From an uncultured Oscillospiraceae bacterium (GTDB taxonomy: Bacteria > Bacillota > Clostridia > Oscillospirales > Oscillospiraceae): DNA of 64,000 bases. The notes under the pieces were generated by a model. It had not been told where the DNA came from. It did no database searches and saw only the letters and a list, made by a program, of their open reading frames with translations. The position numbers and the translations under genes are program-made. Below, one piece after another: positions 44,117 to 51,267 of the stretch (positions are counted from its first letter, which is position 1; each line of letters begins with the position of its first letter). Location: positions 17,355-81,354 of the forward strand of contig CANQXK010000006.1 of the NCBI GenBank assembly GCA_947627715.1, in the 5' to 3' direction.

Positions 44117-45427
44117 TTAGTCTTCTATTCTTTTGACAGTCACCGCGACCTCCACCGCCGCCCCGCCGGATGGACAATTACCGAGCCTGAGCGCGCCGCC
44201 GTGCCTTTCGCAGAGGATCTTCCCGACGGCGAGGCCCAGCCCCATGTGTTGGCCGGAGGCGTCCTCGGAATAGTATAGGCTGTTTTTCTTCATCAGCATC
44301 CGTCGGGAAAAGCCCGGCCCGTCGTCGGTCACCCGCACGCAAAGCGTCTCCCCGCGAAGCTCAAACGCAAGCTCGATGCGGCTTTGGGCGTACCGCGCCG
44401 CGTTGGAGAACACATTCTCCAGCACCCGGTAAAATATCTCCACGTCCAGCCCGATCTTCGCGTCAGGCGCGTCGAAGGACGCCGCGACCTCAAGCGCCCT
44501 CCCCTCCGTCAGCACCTTCACCGTCTCCGCCGCCCGGTATAGAAAGTCCGGGACGGACACCTCGGTCAGGCGCACCTCGGTATCTTCCAGCGCGTCAAGG
44601 TCGCGGATATGGTCCGTGTAGCGTTCCATCCGTTTCGCGGTCACCGCGAGACCGTCGAGGGCGGCGTCCAGCCTCTCGCCCGTCAGCTCCCCGGCGGCCG
44701 CCAGCTTGCGCATATGTTCCACACTCCCCTCCATGATGGTCAGGGGATTGCGGAGGTCGTGAGCCACACACTGCTGCATGGTCCGCCGCTCCTCCATGGA
44801 GCGCCATAGCTTCAGATTGTTCTCATAGAGGGCGCGGCGCATCTTCTCAAAGGACCCGCAAAGCCGGCCAAGCTCGTTACGAAGCGGACACTCCACGGTG
44901 AAGTCCAGATCCTGCCCGCTTATGTGGCGGGCGGCGTCATCCAGAGCGGTGATGGCCGGAGCCACCCTTTTTCGGTAGAACCACAGCGCGCAAAAAAGGA
45001 CCCCCGCCATCGCGTAGGTCACAGGGAGGGCCACCGCCAGGACGCCAGCCGCCGTGTAGACGGCGCGCTCGCCGAGATCGAGCTGCGAGACGCTGGCCTC
45101 GATGCGCTCCACGGAGAAATCGGCTTCTCCCACCAAAATGCTCGGATCGTCTATGAAATCAGGCTTTGTCATCTCCTTGGACATCCATATGACCGGCTCC
45201 GCCTTTTCGTCCAGCGTAAGCTCGACGCGGTTTCTCTGATACTCTTTCCCGTCCGCCGAGGTCTCCTCGATAATAAGCGCCACCTTGTTTGGCTCCGGGA
45301 GGATAGTGTGCCGTACCGCCCAGCACTCCCACGCGGTGAGGGCGGAGGCGAGGACGACGGCGAGCATTGTGACCGCCACAGCGGCGGAAAATTCGCCCCT
45401 CAGAGATCTTCCCTTCACTTTTTCCAT
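44117..45427 (-). CDS. Sensor histidine kinase (HisKA + HATPase_c), two TM helices
   Basis: H-box VAHDLRNPLT and G-box GLGLAVGKILCERHGG. The start is either 45427 (MEKVK) or 45445; both overlap the end of the response-regulator gene. Confidence 0.85.
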   Translation of the reverse strand: MEKVKGRSLRGEFSAAVAVTMLAVVLASALTAWECWAVRHTILPEPNKVALIIEETSADGKEYQRNRVELTLDEKAEPVIWMSKEMTKPDFIDDPSILVGEADFSVERIEASVSQLDLGERAVYTAAGVLAVALPVTYAMAGVLFCALWFYRKRVAPAITALDDAARHISGQDLDFTVECPLRNELGRLCGSFEKMRRALYENNLKLWRSMEERRTMQQCVAHDLRNPLTIMEGSVEHMRKLAAAGELTGERLDAALDGLAVTAKRMERYTDHIRDLDALEDTEVRLTEVSVPDFLYRAAETVKVLTEGRALEVAASFDAPDAKIGLDVEIFYRVLENVFSNAARYAQSRIELAFELRGETLCVRVTDDGPGFSRRMLMKKNSLYYSEDASGQHMGLGLAVGKILCERHGGALRLGNCPSGGAAVEVAVTVKRIED

Positions 45428-46089
45428 CTGTACCCCATCCCCCATACCGTCTCGATGAACTCCCGCCCCGTGACCTCCAAGAGCTTATTTCGTATTTTGC
45501 GGATATGCTCCTTGATGACCCGGCTGTCTCCCTCGGCGTCCAGGCCCCAGATAAGCTCGTACATCCGCTCACGGTCAAAGACCTGGTTTTGGTTCATGGC
45601 GAGAAACTCGATGATCTCGTATTCCCGCCTGGAGAATCGAATCTCCTCGCCCTGCCACAACACTCTCCTGCCTGTGAGGTCCACGATCAGCCCATGGGAG
45701 GAGATGAGGCTTGCGCTTCTCCTCTGCCGCCGGTCCCGCCGCAGATGCGCCTCGATCCGCGCCGACAGCTCCGCGAGGCTGAAGGGCTTGGTGATGTAGT
45801 CGTCGCCCCCGGCCTGAAACCCCCGGACCTTGTCCTGTTCCGTGATCCGCGCCGTGAGGAAAAGGATAGGGCAGCTCACCGCGTCCCGGATGGCCCTGCA
45901 CAGCTCCAGCCCGTCCATTCCCGGCATATTGATGTCCAGGAGGATCATATCCGGTCCCTTCGATAGAAGCTCCAGGGCCTTCTCCGCGTTCCCCGCCGTC
46001 ATCGGGATGTACCCCTCCCGCTTTAAATGCTCCGCAACGATCTCCACCAGCATCTCCTCGTCATCGGCAATCAAAATCTTGTACGCCAT
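45415..46089 (-). CDS. OmpR-family response regulator
   Basis: The receiver reads MAYKILIADDEEML...ILLDINMPGMDG. The winged-helix C-terminus reads ...RREYEIIEFLAMNQNQVFDRERMYELIWG...VIKEHIRKIRNKL. A GAGGTGA RBS is present. A candidate promoter is TTGACT-17-TAACAT (46116-46144, minus strand). Confidence 0.9.
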   Translation of the reverse strand: MAYKILIADDEEMLVEIVAEHLKREGYIPMTAGNAEKALELLSKGPDMILLDINMPGMDGLELCRAIRDAVSCPILFLTARITEQDKVRGFQAGGDDYITKPFSLAELSARIEAHLRRDRRQRRSASLISSHGLIVDLTGRRVLWQGEEIRFSRREYEIIEFLAMNQNQVFDRERMYELIWGLDAEGDSRVIKEHIRKIRNKLLEVTGREFIETVWGMGYRWKK

Positions 46090-46362
46090 GCCGTCACCTC
46101 GCTATCATGACTATCATGTTAAAAACATACCGCAAAAAAGTCAAGAAAAAGTCAAAAACAAACTCTCCCGCTTGGGAGAGGCAAGCATCGCATTTGTCTG
46201 TACACCGGGCAAGCCCGGCGTCCGGCAAATGCTTTTCCGGGCAGAAGCCCGCACCCACTGAGAGTGAAAAGTTATCCGTTTGTACACAATTTTCCCCTGG
46301 CTATTTGGCGAGAAAGCTGGTATGTTGTGTGTTTGCCGAAGGGCGGAAAGGAGATACGTAGC

Positions 46363-47511
46363 ATGGCAAAACGGAGAGCCAACGGCGAGGGTAATATACG
46401 AAAAAGGCCAGACGGTCGATGGGAAGGAAGGTATATCGCAGGCCACGACGAGAACGGGAAAGCGATTCGGAAGAACGTGCTCGGCAGGACCCAAGCGGAG
46501 GTTAAGGAGAAGCTGAAGCGAGCCATTGGGGAGTGCGCGGAGGTAGACGTTGAACGAGCGGAGGAATACACGGTGGGAGCTTGGGTTAAGACCTGGTACG
46601 AAACCTACTCCAAGCCGCACGTCAGAGAGAGTACACAGAGGTTCTACGAGGACTACATCGAGCACCATGTGGTGCCCCGTATTGGCGGTATCAAGCTCAC
46701 CAAATTGACTGGCAGAGACATACAGAAGATGTACAACGACGTCAAGGCAAAGGGGCGCATCAGGAAAAAGGCAGACGGGGACACCAGTATGAGCGCAAGC
46801 TACGTCCGCGGCCTCCATATGATGCTGCACAACTGCCTTGGGCGGGCAGTAAAAGAGAGGCTCATTCTGCGAAACCCCACAGAGGACTGCATCGTGCCGA
46901 AGCTGGAAAAGAAGGAAATGCACATCCTCCACCCCGAAGACATCAGCGCCTACCTCAAAGAGGCGGACCGGCGGGGCGTGCTGGCGATGTTCTTCCTCGA
47001 ATTGACCATCGGTCTCCGAAAAGGTGAACTTGTCGCCCTTCTGTGGAGCGACCTCGATGAAACGTCAATTGCCCTGAACGTCTGCAAACAGGCCGTCAGG
47101 GTCAAAGGCGGAGGGGTGAAGGTCACACGTCCAAAAACTGAAACCTCCATCCGCAGAATCTCACTGTCCCAGGAAACGATAGACGTCCTCAAAGCGGAAC
47201 ATGAAAAGCACCCGGAAATCGAGATCATGTTCCCCTCCCCGGTAACGCTCGGCATGTACTACCCTGATTCCGTCACAGCCATCCACAACAAAATCCTCAA
47301 ATCCGCCGGGCTCCCACACATCCGTCTGCACGACCTCCGCCACACCTTCGCCACCTTGGCGCTGCAAAACGGCGTGGACGTGAAAACGGTCTCCTCCATC
47401 CTCGGCCACTACGACGCCGGCTTCACCCTCCGAACTTACACCCACGTCACAACAAAAATGCAGGAAGAAGCCGCAGCAACGATGGGAAAGTTGATAGGAG
47501 CGAATGTATGA
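46363..47511 (+). CDS. int: Tyrosine integrase of the tRNA-Thr island
   Basis: MAKRRANGEGNIRKRPDGRWEGRY... is a typical phage-integrase N-terminal arm-binding/SAM-like region. The catalytic region is ...LRKGEL...HDLRHTFATLALQNGVDVKTVSSILGHYDAGFTLRTYTH. A GGAAAGGAG RBS precedes the ATG at 46363. Confidence 0.9.
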   Translation: MAKRRANGEGNIRKRPDGRWEGRYIAGHDENGKAIRKNVLGRTQAEVKEKLKRAIGECAEVDVERAEEYTVGAWVKTWYETYSKPHVRESTQRFYEDYIEHHVVPRIGGIKLTKLTGRDIQKMYNDVKAKGRIRKKADGDTSMSASYVRGLHMMLHNCLGRAVKERLILRNPTEDCIVPKLEKKEMHILHPEDISAYLKEADRRGVLAMFFLELTIGLRKGELVALLWSDLDETSIALNVCKQAVRVKGGGVKVTRPKTETSIRRISLSQETIDVLKAEHEKHPEIEIMFPSPVTLGMYYPDSVTAIHNKILKSAGLPHIRLHDLRHTFATLALQNGVDVKTVSSILGHYDAGFTLRTYTHVTTKMQEEAAATMGKLIGANV

Positions 47512-47696
47512 GTAAAAACTACACAGCCATAACTAAAAAAGGCCGTGGGACGCAAAATCCCACGGCTTTGTGCTATCCTATCCTTTCCGCTCCGAAATCC
47601 CGTTGGTGCCAGAAGTGGGTCAACGGCAGGCTGAAATCTGTCGGAGGGAGGGGTGCTCGAGGGGGACCGTCAGGGTCCCCCTCGAATTTTAATAGT

Positions 47697-47750
47697 AGCT
47701 CCAAAAGAAAACGCACCAGTCCGCGGACTGGTGCGTTTTCTTTTGGAGCT
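47697..47750 (-). terminator. 26-bp perfect hairpin directly 3' of tRNA-Thr; its stem includes the last 7 nt of the tRNA
   Basis: AGCTCCAAAAGAAAACGCACCAGTCC-GC-GGACTGGTGCGTTTTCTTTTGGAGCT (47697-47722 pairs with 47725-47750). Confidence 0.6.
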
Positions 47751-47819
47751 GGATGCGAGATTCGAACTCGCGACCTCATGATTACGAATCAGGCGCTCTA
47801 CCGGCTGAGCTAATCCAGC
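47744..47819 (-). tRNA. tRNA-Thr: tRNA-Thr (anticodon CGU)
   Basis: The reverse strand reads GCTGGAT TA GCTC AGCCGGTA GAGC G CCTGA TTCGTAA TCATG AGGTC GCGAG TTCGAAT CTCGC ATCCAGC T CCA. It is 76 nt and forms a cloverleaf with one C-U mismatch in the anticodon stem. The CCA end is encoded. Confidence 0.85.
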
Positions 47820-47841
47820 GTCCGGGCGGGGCAACGGGAGA

Positions 47842-47870
47842 ATTATAGCACATCCCCGCCCCGTAGTCAA
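47842..47870 (-). promoter_or_regulatory. Sigma-A promoter of tRNA-Thr
   Basis: On the minus strand: TTGACT, a 17-nt spacer, then TGCTATAAT. It lies about 22 nt upstream of the mature 5' end. Confidence 0.65.
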
Positions 47871-47900
47871 TGGGTAAATTCCCGGACGGGGCGGATTTTT

Positions 47901-48380
47901 TCAAAGGAGGCGGATGACGCCGTACGCCGCCGCAGTGGTGAGCGCCGCCGCCGCCAGCAGCCCCAGCAGGATGGCCGGTACGGCCCGCCGCACACGCATA
48001 TCCAGGATCGCCGCCACCAGCGCCCCTGTCCACGCGCCCGTCCCCGGCAGGGGGATCCCCACCAGCAGCACAAGGCCGAGGAAGCTGTATTTCGTGACGA
48101 TGCGCCCCTTGAGGTGCGCCTTCTTCTCAAGGGAAGAGATCACGCCGTCAAAGCGGCTGCTGCGCCGCCGGAGCCACGCGAATACGCGCTTGATATAGAG
48201 TATGATAAAGGGAACAGGCAGGAAGTTGCCAAGCAGCGCGCACATCAGCGCCGTGGGGTAGTGAAGCCCCAGCGCCATGGCGTAGGGGATCCCGCCCCGC
48301 AGCTCCACCACGGGCAGCATGGAGATGAGAAACGTCGCCGTCATCTTCCCGAGCTCTGTCCCGGTCAGCCAGTCCAGCAT
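47901..48380 (-). CDS. Small multidrug-export-like membrane protein (COG2426 / Sm_multidrug_ex family)
   Basis: ...FLISMLPVVELRGGIPYAMALGLHYPTALMCALLGNFLPVPFIILYIKRVFAWL... This pattern is typical for the family as I recall it. Confidence 0.6.
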   Translation of the reverse strand: MLDWLTGTELGKMTATFLISMLPVVELRGGIPYAMALGLHYPTALMCALLGNFLPVPFIILYIKRVFAWLRRRSSRFDGVISSLEKKAHLKGRIVTKYSFLGLVLLVGIPLPGTGAWTGALVAAILDMRVRRAVPAILLGLLAAAALTTAAAYGVIRLL

Positions 48381-48515
48381 AAAACTTGTCCACCTTCGCA
48401 GTTACTCGTATTATGTCAATTCTATCTTACCGGGCGGGAAAATGCAAGGGGAAAATTCCTTAATTTTGCACAAAACCCCTCGGCGAAAAATTTTTAACTT
48501 TTTCATTTTGCCCTA

Positions 48516-48544
48516 TTGAAAAGCGGGAACGGCGGTGTTATAAT
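48516..48544 (+). promoter_or_regulatory. Sigma-A promoter upstream of metY-cysK
   Basis: TTGAAA, a 17-nt spacer, then TGTTATAAT. It is followed by a ~240-nt structured leader. Confidence 0.65.
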
Positions 48545-48789
48545 GCAAACAATTTCCCCGGCGTCCCAGGATGCCGGGCGGGATCGCCCGGCGTTTTGCC
48601 CCGGCAAGACGTCCTTTCATTTTTTGAACCGGGCTTCATTGAAGCGCCGATTTAATAAATTAAGAGGAAGGGTAGATCATGAAAAACCGCTTCGAGATAC
48701 TCGTGCGGCACAATTTCCGTTTCGGCCGAATGTGCGGGGCTTATGCGTTTTGACCCCCATTATTCTAAAATTGAAAGGAAATTGATAAA

Positions 48790-50070
48790 ATGTCCGCATA
48801 TCATTTTGAGACCCTCCAGCTCCACGTGGGGCAGGAGCAGGCCGACCCCGCCACCGATTCCAGGGCGGTGCCCATCTATCAGACCACCAGCTATGTGTTC
48901 CACAACTGCCAGCACGCGGCGGACCGCTTCGGCCTCGCCGACCCCGGCAACATCTACGGGCGGCTCACCAACTCCACCCAGGACGTGCTGGAAAAGCGCG
49001 TGGCGGCCCTTGAGGGGGGCGTAGCGGCTCTGGCCGTGGCCTCCGGCGCGGCGGCCATCACCTACGCCATCGAGGCTCTTACCCAGAAGGGCGACCACAT
49101 CGTGGCCCAGAAGACCATATACGGCGGCAGCTACAACCTGCTGGCCCACACCCTGCCCCTCTACGGGGTGGAGACCACCTTCGTGGACATCCACGATTTG
49201 AATGAGGTCACGGCGGCCATCCGGCCCAACACCAAGGCCATCTTCATCGAGACGCTGGGCAACCCCAACTCCGACATCCCCGACATCGACGCATTAAGCG
49301 CCATCGCCCACGCCCACGGCATCCCCCTGGTGATCGACAACACCTTCGGCACGCCCTACCTCATCCGGCCCATCGAGCACGGCGCGGACATCGTGGTCCA
49401 CTCCGCCACCAAGTTCCTGGGCGGTCACGGCACCACCCTGGGCGGCGTCATCGTGGACAGTGGCAAGTTCGACTGGAAGGCAAGCGGCAAATACGCCCCC
49501 ATCGCGGAGCCGAATCCCAGCTACCACGGCATCAGCTTTGTGGACGCGGTGGGACCGGCGGCCTTCGTGACGTACATTCGCGCCATCCTTCTCCGGGACA
49601 CCGGCGCGGCCATCTCGCCCTTCAACGCCTTCCTGCTTTTGCAGGGCATCGAGACGCTGTCCCTGCGTTTAGAGCGCCACGCCGAGAACACGAAGAAGGT
49701 GGTGGAGTACCTGGCCCATCACCCCAAGGTCGCGAAAGTCAACCACCCCAGCCTGCCGGACCACCCCCAGCACGCGCTCTACGAGAAGTACTTCCCCAAC
49801 GGCGGCGGGTCCATCTTCACCTTTGAGATAAAGGGCGGCAAGGACGCGGCCTTCCGATTCATCGACAGCCTGGAGATCTTCTCTCTGCTGGCGAACGTGG
49901 CGGACGTGAAGAGCCTGGTCATCCACCCGGCCTCCACCACCCACAGCCAGCTGAGTCCCGAAGAGCTTGCCAGCCAGGGCATCACCCCCGGCACCGTGCG
50001 CCTCAGTATCGGCACGGAGCACATTGACGACATCATCGCAGACCTTGAAAAAGGCTTCGCGGCGGTATGA
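48790..50070 (+). CDS. metY: O-acetylhomoserine sulfhydrylase/aminocarboxypropyltransferase (PLP-dependent, Cys/Met metabolism family)
   Basis: MSAYHFETLQLHVGQEQADPATDSRAVPIYQTTSYVF...HSATKFLGGHGTTLGG, where the ATK contains the PLP-binding lysine. Confidence 0.9.
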   Translation: MSAYHFETLQLHVGQEQADPATDSRAVPIYQTTSYVFHNCQHAADRFGLADPGNIYGRLTNSTQDVLEKRVAALEGGVAALAVASGAAAITYAIEALTQKGDHIVAQKTIYGGSYNLLAHTLPLYGVETTFVDIHDLNEVTAAIRPNTKAIFIETLGNPNSDIPDIDALSAIAHAHGIPLVIDNTFGTPYLIRPIEHGADIVVHSATKFLGGHGTTLGGVIVDSGKFDWKASGKYAPIAEPNPSYHGISFVDAVGPAAFVTYIRAILLRDTGAAISPFNAFLLLQGIETLSLRLERHAENTKKVVEYLAHHPKVAKVNHPSLPDHPQHALYEKYFPNGGGSIFTFEIKGGKDAAFRFIDSLEIFSLLANVADVKSLVIHPASTTHSQLSPEELASQGITPGTVRLSIGTEHIDDIIADLEKGFAAV

Positions 50071-50100
50071 GAGGCTTGAAATCGTAAGGAGGTTTCTATT

Positions 50101-51027
50101 ATGAAGGTCTATCAAAGCGCATCTGAGCTGGTGGGGCATACGCCCCTGCTGGAGCTGACACATATCGAGAAGGAGTACGGCCTGAAGGCGCGGCTCCTGG
50201 GCAAGCTTGAGTATTTCAATCCCGCCGGTTCCGTCAAGGACCGCATCGCCCTGGCAATGATCGAGGACGCCGAGGCGTCCGGGGCGCTGAAGCCGGGGTC
50301 CGTCATCATCGAACCCACCTCCGGGAACACCGGCATCGGCCTTGCGTCCGTGGCTGCCGCCAAGGGCTACCGCATCATCATCGTCATGCCGGAGACCATG
50401 TCCGTGGAGCGCCGCCAGATCATGAAGGCGTACGGGGCGGAGCTGGTCCTCACCGAGGGCGCCAAGGGGATGCCCGGCGCTATCGCCCGTGCGGAGGAGC
50501 TGGCAAAGGAGACCCCCAACGCCTTCATCCCCGGCCAGTTTGTGAATCCCGCGAACCCCAAGGCCCACCGTGAGACCACCGGCCCGGAGATCTGGGAGGA
50601 CACGGACGGCCAGGTGGACGTGTTCGTGGCCGGCGTGGGCACGGGTGGCACCGTCACCGGCGTGGGCGAGTTCCTGAAGTCGAAAAAGCCCTCCGTCAAG
50701 GTGGTGGCCGTGGAGCCTGCCAGCTCCCCCGTCCTCTCCAAGGGCGTCTCAGGCCCCCACAAGATCCAGGGCATCGGCGCGGGCTTCGTGCCCGACGTGC
50801 TGAACACCGGAATCTACGACGAGGTGATCCCCGTGGAGAACGAGGCGGCCTTTGCCGCCGGGAAGCTCATCGGACGCCGTGAGGGCGTGCTGGTGGGCAT
50901 CTCCTCCGGCGCGGCCCTGTGGGCCGCCGTCCAGGTGGCTCAGCGCCTGGAGAACGAGGGCAAAACCATCGTCGTCCTCCTCCCCGACACCGGCGATCGG
51001 TATCTGTCCACGCCGTTATTTGACTGA
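50101..51027 (+). CDS. cysK: Cysteine synthase A (O-acetylserine sulfhydrylase)
   Basis: ...[25 protein letters not shown]...[14 protein letters not shown]...[10 protein letters not shown]... A GGAGG RBS is present. Confidence 0.92.
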   Translation: MKVYQSASELVGHTPLLELTHIEKEYGLKARLLGKLEYFNPAGSVKDRIALAMIEDAEASGALKPGSVIIEPTSGNTGIGLASVAAAKGYRIIIVMPETMSVERRQIMKAYGAELVLTEGAKGMPGAIARAEELAKETPNAFIPGQFVNPANPKAHRETTGPEIWEDTDGQVDVFVAGVGTGGTVTGVGEFLKSKKPSVKVVAVEPASSPVLSKGVSGPHKIQGIGAGFVPDVLNTGIYDEVIPVENEAAFAAGKLIGRREGVLVGISSGAALWAAVQVAQRLENEGKTIVVLLPDTGDRYLSTPLFD

Positions 51028-51046
51028 GTAAGACCCCTTCAACAGC

Positions 51047-51076
51047 AAAAAAGAGCGCCGCAAGGCGCTCTTTTTT
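51047..51076. terminator. Bidirectional rho-independent terminator
   Basis: AAAAAAGAGCGCC-GCAA-GGCGCTCTTTTTT, between the convergent cysK and rubredoxin genes. Confidence 0.8.
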
Positions 51077-51080
51077 CCTT

Positions 51081-51236
51081 TTACTCCTTGGAAAAGCTGT
51101 CCTTGCCCACGCCGCACACGGGGCAGACAAAATCGTCGGGCAGGTCCTCGAACTTGGTGCCGGGGGCGATACCGTTGTCGGGATCGCCAACAGCCTCGTC
51201 GTACTCCCAGCCGCAGACATCGCAGACGTATTTCAT
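51081..51236 (-). CDS. Rubredoxin (51 aa)
   Basis: My own translation gives [51 protein letters not shown], with the two CxxCG knuckles. It is too short for the ORF track. Confidence 0.9.
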   Translation of the reverse strand: MKYVCDVCGWEYDEAVGDPDNGIAPGTKFEDLPDDFVCPVCGVGKDSFSKE

Positions 51237-51267
51237 GCGCTTTGTTCTCCTTTCCGATCAAATCGTC

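Larger units (their letters stand above)
33433..47819. mobile_element. ~14.3 kb integrative island in tRNA-Thr(CGU), bounded by 46-bp direct repeats, with its tyrosine integrase next to the intact tRNA
   Basis: The att duplication, the integrase at 46363-47511 adjacent to the tRNA 3' end, and GTGGGTCA(A/G)C motifs ~120 bp inside both ends. Confidence 0.8.

Noticed and set aside
46102-46118. A tandem 9-bp repeat (CTATCATGA CTATCATGT) near the response-regulator promoter, considered as an OmpR-type binding site.
   Set aside because: It is only two short copies overlapping the putative -10, which is insufficient to distinguish from chance.
48545-48789. An S-box (SAM-I) or T-box call upstream of metY.
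   Set aside because: I could not locate the conserved P1/P2 kink-turn, the GGUGC...AGAGA or T-box sequence, or a specifier-loop element by eye. It is left as an unassigned leader in the findings.
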